In this document: positions 58,701-64,000 of the stretch, piece by piece
How positions within the stretch are numbered: the first letter of the stretch is position 1
Layout of the letters: the number at the start of each line of letters is the position of its first letter
Origin: Cetorhinus maximus
Taxonomy: Eukaryota
Reading direction: 5' to 3'
Assembly: GCF_964194155.1 (NCBI RefSeq)
Contig: NC_135890.1
Location: 17,918,001-17,982,000, forward strand
Length of the DNA: 64,000 nucleotides
Notes under the pieces: model-generated
Databases searched by the model: none
What the model saw: the letters and a program-made list of their open reading frames with translations, nothing else
What the model was told of the DNA's origin: nothing
Translations under genes and position numbers: made by a program

Positions 58701-58924
58701 ACAGCAATATTCTGAATCATTTCCATCGTGCCTGTGTCCAAATGGAAAAGTAAAGAGGAGGATGTTACATCTGGTGACAGGCGGCGAGGGGGGGAGTTAC
58801 AGGCAGCGACAGGTGGCGAGGAGGATGTTACAGCCAGTGACAGGCAGCAAGAACACACACACATTTTAGATTTTATTTTAATTGGCCCCATTGTCACTGC
58901 TGAGTTGACACACAAAAATTTAAC

Positions 58925-58963
<39 letters not shown>

Positions 58964-61900
58964 TATATACAACACATATACACAGGTATACATAGAATAC
59001 ACATGCACACATGTAACAATTCTTTCTCACTCACTTTCCCAGGGTGAATCCAATGAACTTGCACCTACTGACTTCCAGAAAATCTTCAATGTCCTTCTCT
59101 CTGCAGAAGTGAGTAGAACAAAACTGAGAATCACGTTCACATTGGAGGCGATAAGGCTTTAAACTGAGAATATGCAGCATATCAAATAGCAGCAGCACAT
59201 TCCAATGGAAACCAATCAAACATTTCTAAGCAGCGGTGCGATCAAGATGCTTCAGCGTAGCTGTACATTGAGTGGGTTTGTGTAGTCACTGAATGGAGAT
59301 CGAGTTGAGTCTCCTGGGGATGAGAGGGAAGGGAAGGATGTAAATGGGATGATCTCCTGGAATGCTGCGGCACTCAGTCAGTCAGTTAAATGGTCTGTGT
59401 GACCAGGAGCAAGTGATCAGCTGTGGGGCATGTGGAAGGGTTGGGTGGGGGCGGGAATGGGTGAAGGTGAGTGTCCTTTTCAGAAAGTTACATAACCAGA
59501 CAAAAAAAAAAATCTTAAAATCATAGTCTGACTGATGTTGTCAATAACTAACGACACACCTGACTTTAGTGGCCCAAGGCAGGCATCGAGGGAAGAACAA
59601 CCTCTCTGGCACCAGTCCAGGGGAAGGCAGGTCCTGAATTAGTGCCTCCCTCTCCAGTGGATCCACGTCTCCCTCATTCCCACCGTCACCATCATCTGCC
59701 TCCTCCTCTTCCTCCCGAGCCTCATCTCTCTCACAGTACATGTCCAGGCTGTCTTGCTTCATGAGAACCTGCCAGTGAGACCACATGGTTAACACATACC
59801 CCGGCTGTCCAGAATGCACCCCCCCACCCCGCATCGCCCATCTGTACATGTGTTCCACCCACCCAAAGCCCATCCGTCAGCTCGTTGCCCTCAGCCTCTC
59901 TTTCAAAACTGAGTTCGATAAATTTTTGTTGGGACACGGGACCGAGACGGGCAAATGGAGTTAAGAGAAAGATTGGCCACAATCTAACTGAATGGACCAC
60001 ACTGACTTGAAGGGGCTGAATGGCCTAATGGTTCCCATGAAGGACAGAAGGGGATCAGCGGCTCTGAAGATGGGTCTTACCCTCCTGCCCCTGCGACCTC
60101 GCTTCTGCTGCTGCTCCAGGATGTCCATGGCAGATGCTGGTGGAGAGGTGGCTCGTAGGGTTCGCGTTACCTGGATACTGTCCTCCAACAGCGGAGGGAG
60201 GCCCAGCTTCACTCGCTTTTCCACTTTCAGCTCCTGGAGTTTCTCAAAGCCTCCGAAACAGAACTAGGACAAAGGAAAGTGGTTAACCAAATGACCTCAC
60301 CCTTTCAATAGCACCAAATACAACCTGAGCACCTGAAGGGGTGAAGGGTAACTGCAACAGTACACAAGTCACTAAACAGGGCAGGATAGGCCTTGGAGAA
60401 AGTGCCAGAGGGGTTTACCACAATGATACCAGGGATAAGAGGCTTCAATGTGGAGAGACTGGAATGGCTGGGATTGTTCGCCTTAGAACAGAGAAGGTTA
60501 AGGGGTGGCTTGTTAGAGGTGTTTTTAAAAAATAGCATGGGATTTGACAGAATAAGTGAGATGACATTATTTTCACTGGCAGCAGGGTCAGTAATTAGGG
60601 GACACAGGTTTAAGGTAATTGTCATAAAGCACCAGAGAGGCAATGCTTTTTTAGGGAGCAAGTTTTTTTAAAAATGATCTGAAGAGGTGAAGGCAGCAGA
60701 TTCAATAATAACATTTATAAGGGAAATGAATAAAAACCTGCAAAAGAAAAGTCTGCAGAGCTATTGGGAAAGAAGCAGGGGGGAGTGGGACTAATTGGAT
60801 AGCTCAACCAAAGAGCTGAATAGCCACCTTCTTAGCTGTATAAAAATACAAAAAAACTTTCCTATACATAATACACAGATACAAGTGACTGGTTTATTCA
60901 TCTACATCTCCCATGAAGAATAGTCACAAAAAGTTAGTCTGCTGGTACAGCAAGTAATTAAGAAGGCTAATGGAATGCAATCCTTTGTTACGAGAGGGAT
61001 TGAACATTAAAGTAAGGATGTTATGCTTCAGTTACGCAGGGCACTGGTGAGACCACACCTCGAATACTGTGTACAGTTTTGGTCTCCTTATTTAGGGAAG
61101 GATGTAAATGCATTGGAGGCGGTTCAAAGGAGGTTTACTAGATTGATACCTGGGATGAGTGGGTTGCCTTATGAGGAAAGGATGGACAGACTGGGCTTGT
61201 TTCCACTGGAGTTTAGAAGAATGAGGAGTGATTTGATTGATGTATACAAGATCCTGAATGGCCTTGACAAGGTGGACGTCGAAAGGATGTTTCCTCATGT
61301 GGGTGAGTCCAGAACTAGGGGGCACTGTTTTAAAATTAGGGGTCGCCCTTTTAGGACAGAGATGAGGAGAAACGCTTTCTCTTGGAGGGTTGTGCGACTT
61401 TGGAATTCTCTGCCTCAGAAGGTGGTGGAGGCGGAGGTAGATAGATTCTTGTTAGGCGAGGGAATCAAAGGTTATCGGAGTTAGATGGAAATGTGGAAAT
61501 CGAAACACAAGAAGATCAGCCATGATCTTATTGAATGGCGGAGCAGGCTCGAGGGGCCGAATGGCCAACTCCTGTTCCTATTTCTTGATACTCTGAGAAG
61601 TTATATTAATAACTAGAATTGAATCATTAATACAATTGTTCTTAGTGTGTACAAACTTTATACAAAATAAAAGGCACAGTTCACCTGTGACCATTTCTCT
61701 GCACCCACAAGTACTCCCTTTGCACATCCTATGTAACCAGTGAGAAAGATGCACGGTCTGCATTGGTCACTGCAGATGGAATAGGGTTAGACTCCAAGAC
61801 CTATCCGGTCAGTTTCAAAGTCTGTAATGGAGTAACACCAAGATCTTTGGTGCGCAAGTTCAGGGCATGACGCTATATGCCCTCTGATAAAACCCATCAT

Positions 61901-63478
61901 CATATTGGAGTGTTTTTTTTGGAGGGGTGGAGTAGGGGAGGATAAATATCTGCTGGATCTGTTCCATTTAAGCATAGTACAACAGCACAGACCCATCAGG
62001 GATTTAAGAATCACTTAGGATGAACATAGGAGTTTGTGGATATCCTCCAGGTTCAATCCATAGGATATACGATTGTGGGGTCCACTGGATTGTATTGGAA
62101 AAGTTTGATGGTGCAGCACTGGCATTCGGACTGGCATCAAGCAGGACAGCAGAGCTTCCTCATGGGAAGGCAGAGATGAGGAACAGCTCCTAGCTCAAGG
62201 GCAGGGCTGGCAGTGGATTGATGCCCACTCAGTCAGGTTGGGGACACGTGACAGTGCAAGGTATACCAGCATAAAACAACCTGGACTCCCCACGGGCAGG
62301 AAAACATTTCAAGTGTTTTATACTCAGGGGAAATAGTAGCGGAGAGAAAGGAGAGGGGTTTAGTTTTGTGGGGAGGGGGAGGTGTAGCAGAAGAGGGTTT
62401 CTGAAAGCAGAAGGGGAACGGCAAGGAAAAGAGAATTAGTGAGAAAATTGCGGAGGACAGGAACAGGCAGCCACAAACTGGTGGAGTGAGGGGTCATTTA
62501 GTGACCCAATACTGAAGGTGCAGTTAGACTCAGGTAGCACAGGGAGAGGCCATGCAGGGATTTAAAGGAGCACTACCACTACACACATCTGAGATTCCAG
62601 ATTTGAGACCCCAATTAGCCAATCCCCGCAGGGGTGATGGAGATGATGGACATTTGGCTTCAGTGGCCCTGTGAGGGTGGGAAAAAAATCAGCCAAGGTC
62701 CCCATTCCTGGTGGCTAGCCTGCTGCAAAGGGGCATGCAAACACCCTCAATTGAGAAAGAGATCAGGGCTAGACTGGGTTACAATGCTCTCCACAGGCAA
62801 GTTGCTGTCTGAACTGAGGAGCGGGGAAAGTTACTCGACTGAGATGCCAGAGTCTGTTGCACCTGTGGCACCATGTCCCAGCAAGGAGCAGCAGCTGCAG
62901 CAGGGGGGAGGGTGTGGGAAAGGGTTGAGGAAGTGTGGGGCAGAATAGCTGTCTGCAGCATGTACCATCTATAGAACACACTGTGGCAACTCACTGAGGA
63001 TTCTTCAGCAGCACCCAAACCTGTCACCTCCACCAATTCAAATGATAAGAACAGTCCCTGGGAACACCACCATCTGCAAGTTTCCCAAGTCACGCTCCGT
63101 CCCAACTTGGACATATAATCGGTTGTTCCTTCACCGTCGCTGGATCAAAATCCTGGAACTCCCTCTCTAACTGAGTGTACCACATGGACTACAGTGGTTC
63201 AAGGCAGCTCACTGCCACTTTCTCAAGAGCAACTAAGGATGGACTTTAAATGCTGGCCTTACCGGTGATGCTCATATCCTGAGAATGAATAAAAATAAAA
63301 CTTAGAGGGAGTTAAAAAGAAAGCGTAAAGGAAACTGCAATGAGACCTACCAGAATTGTTTTCCAAAGAAGCAGCAAGACCTTCTTAATGGGGCAATGTG
63401 GAGTGTGTCCATTACAGTATTTATTAACAAGAGAGAAGAGGAGAACTGCAAAGGGCTCACCATTATATACCGGGAAAC
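43514..63478 (-). CDS. STRIP2: Striatin-interacting protein 2 (FAM40B), last 14 coding exons; 5' part lies off the right edge
   Basis: Exons 63478-63351, 60263-60081, 59768-59560, 59100-59035, 57848-57785, 54401-54330, 53309-53235, 52136-52039, 51257-51131, 48392-48292, 46585-46519, 45083-44979, 44455-44251, 43770-43514. All GT-AG and phase-consistent. Hallmark STRIP peptides are present. STRIP2 rather than STRIP1 is assigned from adjacency to SMKR1. Confidence 0.93.
44251..44455 (-). CDS. STRIP2: STRIP2 exon
   Basis: MLVVFKSAPILKRVLRAKQAMLQLYALKLLKFQTKYLGRQWRKSNMKIMSAIYHKVRHRLNDDWAYGN. Confidence 0.95.
44979..45083 (-). CDS. STRIP2: STRIP2 exon
   Basis: EAGDHNQFCWRNLFSCINLLRILNKLTKWKHSRIM. 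Confidence 0.95.
46519..46585 (-). CDS. STRIP2: STRIP2 exon
   Basis: SICVLDYPHSVIHELPELTTEVL. Confidence 0.93.
46920..47520 (-). mobile_element. CR1 family B 3' fragment
   Basis: Decayed WNAL..VVEA.S and the aatggcctcctgtg tail. Confidence 0.7.
48292..48392 (-). CDS. STRIP2: STRIP2 exon
   Basis: FEYVSQHLVFANCIPLILKFFNQSIMSYVTAKN. Confidence 0.95.
48585..48825 (+). mobile_element. Old diverged Penelope pLTR fragment
   Basis: Decayed match: ctagttcagatgaaagg...ccacagatgctgcctgac...ttttccagcattttctg. Confidence 0.6.
49065..49990 (+). mobile_element. CR1 family B fragment
   Basis: KFADDTKIG; LEFCVQFWLPHYKED; FFTQRVVGVWNSLP. Confidence 0.88.
51131..51257 (-). CDS. STRIP2: STRIP2 exon
   Basis: NTVLQSMKLGIDVNRHKEIIVKAISALMLLLLKHLKLNHVYQ. 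Confidence 0.95.
51443..51572. repeat. Minisatellite, about 36-bp unit, 4 copies
   Basis: ccccagtgtggcactgggatatggtcatgaaataac. Confidence 0.85.
52039..52136 (-). CDS. STRIP2: STRIP2 exon
   Basis: IALLKIQLAAAPTSKAKTDSINILADLLPEEMP. Confidence 0.94.
52195..52595 (-). mobile_element. Deu-type SINE copy
   Basis: Reverse-complement match to the family; similar copies at 28850-29160 and 30755-31005. Confidence 0.75.
53235..53309 (-). CDS. STRIP2: STRIP2 exon
   Basis: GAEEVEQTPVEILYQAMLYNLPQYM. Confidence 0.93.
53455..53900 (-). mobile_element. 3' end of a distinct non-LTR retrotransposon
   Basis: C-terminal peptide YQQSFSPRTIPQWNKLP and a short tandem tail (GTATAAAGTAG x2). Confidence 0.6.
54330..54401 (-). 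CDS. STRIP2: STRIP2 exon
   Basis: HKYVSIAEVQAKMEEELQKSPVSL. Confidence 0.92.
57057..57196. mobile_element. 140-bp MITE
   Basis: TIR GGCCGGGATTTTCC / GGAAAATCCCGCCC (13/14 match). Confidence 0.7.
57785..57848 (-). CDS. STRIP2: STRIP2 exon
   Basis: DTETLVGLPRPIHNSVKTLKQ. Confidence 0.93.
58929..58961. repeat. (AC)n microsatellite
   Basis: Perfect dinucleotide run. Confidence 0.95.
59035..59100 (-). CDS. STRIP2: STRIP2 exon
   Basis: EKDIEDFLEVSRCKFIGFTLG. Confidence 0.92.
59560..59768 (-). CDS. STRIP2: STRIP2 exon
   Basis: VLMKQDSLDMYCERD...LPWATKVR. Confidence 0.92.
60081..60263 (-). CDS. STRIP2: STRIP2 exon
   Basis: FCFGGFEKLQELKVEKRVKLGLPPLLEDSIQVTRTLRATSPPASAMDILEQQQKRGRRGRR. Confidence 0.93.
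60385..61580 (+). mobile_element. Two tandem CR1 family B 3' fragments
   Basis: ORFs 60393-60671 and 61023-61484 (RPHLEYCVQFWSPYL...RVVRLWNSLP). Confidence 0.88.
63351..63478 (-). CDS. STRIP2: STRIP2 exon
   Basis: FPVYNGEPFAVLLFSLVNKYCNGHTPHCPIKKVLLLLWKTIL. Confidence 0.92.
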
Positions 63479-64000
63479 CTAAGGAACAGGATGCAATTCA
63501 TCAACACAGGACACATTTTACTTATCACGTGAACTATCTGAGAAACAGTCTGGGTCATTTTGAACTAAACCGATTCCAATGACAAACTCCATTCACACAA
63601 TTGCAACAACAGCTCTGTATTATTTGGAAGTTCACAAGATAGTTGAGGGTGGGGGCGGAAGGTGGGGAATATTTCAGGAGGACAGAGGGAGTGAATCCCA
63701 TTGAAATTCACACCCGAATCATCCCGATGTTTGGTTCTATCCCATACGATTGCCAAAAAACTGCAGTGGTGGAAAGGCACCCTCACATCTTTTTACAATC
63801 CAGCTGCCTCAGCTTGGACTAGGCAGCTGTGGAAATGGCCTGTGAGGGATAGGGTAGAGGGACATATCAGCTCACCACCCTGGGATGCCCGCTGGAAGAG
63901 TGGATCACAGCAAGGACACGGCAGGGCTCAGCTAACAAGAACTCTGCAGTCGAATAGCTTGCCAGAATCATGCTGTTCTTTGGTTCTGAGTGTGTCAGTC

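Overview
Eukaryotic, intron-rich vertebrate DNA. The repeat content (CR1 and L2 LINEs, Deu-type tRNA SINEs, Penelope elements) points to a cartilaginous fish, probably a shark; this is inference. Most ORFs in the supplied track are spurious or repeat-derived. By hand-splicing I reconstructed four genes with consistent exon phases. (1) The 5' part of TMEM209 on the minus strand: 7 coding exons and a CpG promoter near 11.2-11.45 kb. (2) A complete 11-exon, 418-aa procarboxypeptidase A2-like gene on the plus strand (15557-27808). (3) SMKR1 on the minus strand (about 31.4-33.9 kb). (4) The last 14 coding exons of STRIP2 on the minus strand (43514-63478). Most notable observations: the CPA zymogen has no Arg/Lys at the canonical trypsin-activation site; Penelope-derived elements carry minimal hammerhead-ribozyme motifs, including a TSD-flanked inverted-repeat element beside the TMEM209 promoter; the probable SMKR1 start codon sits before a GC-AG intron and behind a uORF; and gene order is rearranged relative to human 7q32, with a single CPA gene. 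I found no convincing wholly new multi-gene system. Homology statements come from recalled sequences, not database searches, and repeat boundaries are approximate unless a TSD or TIR is given.
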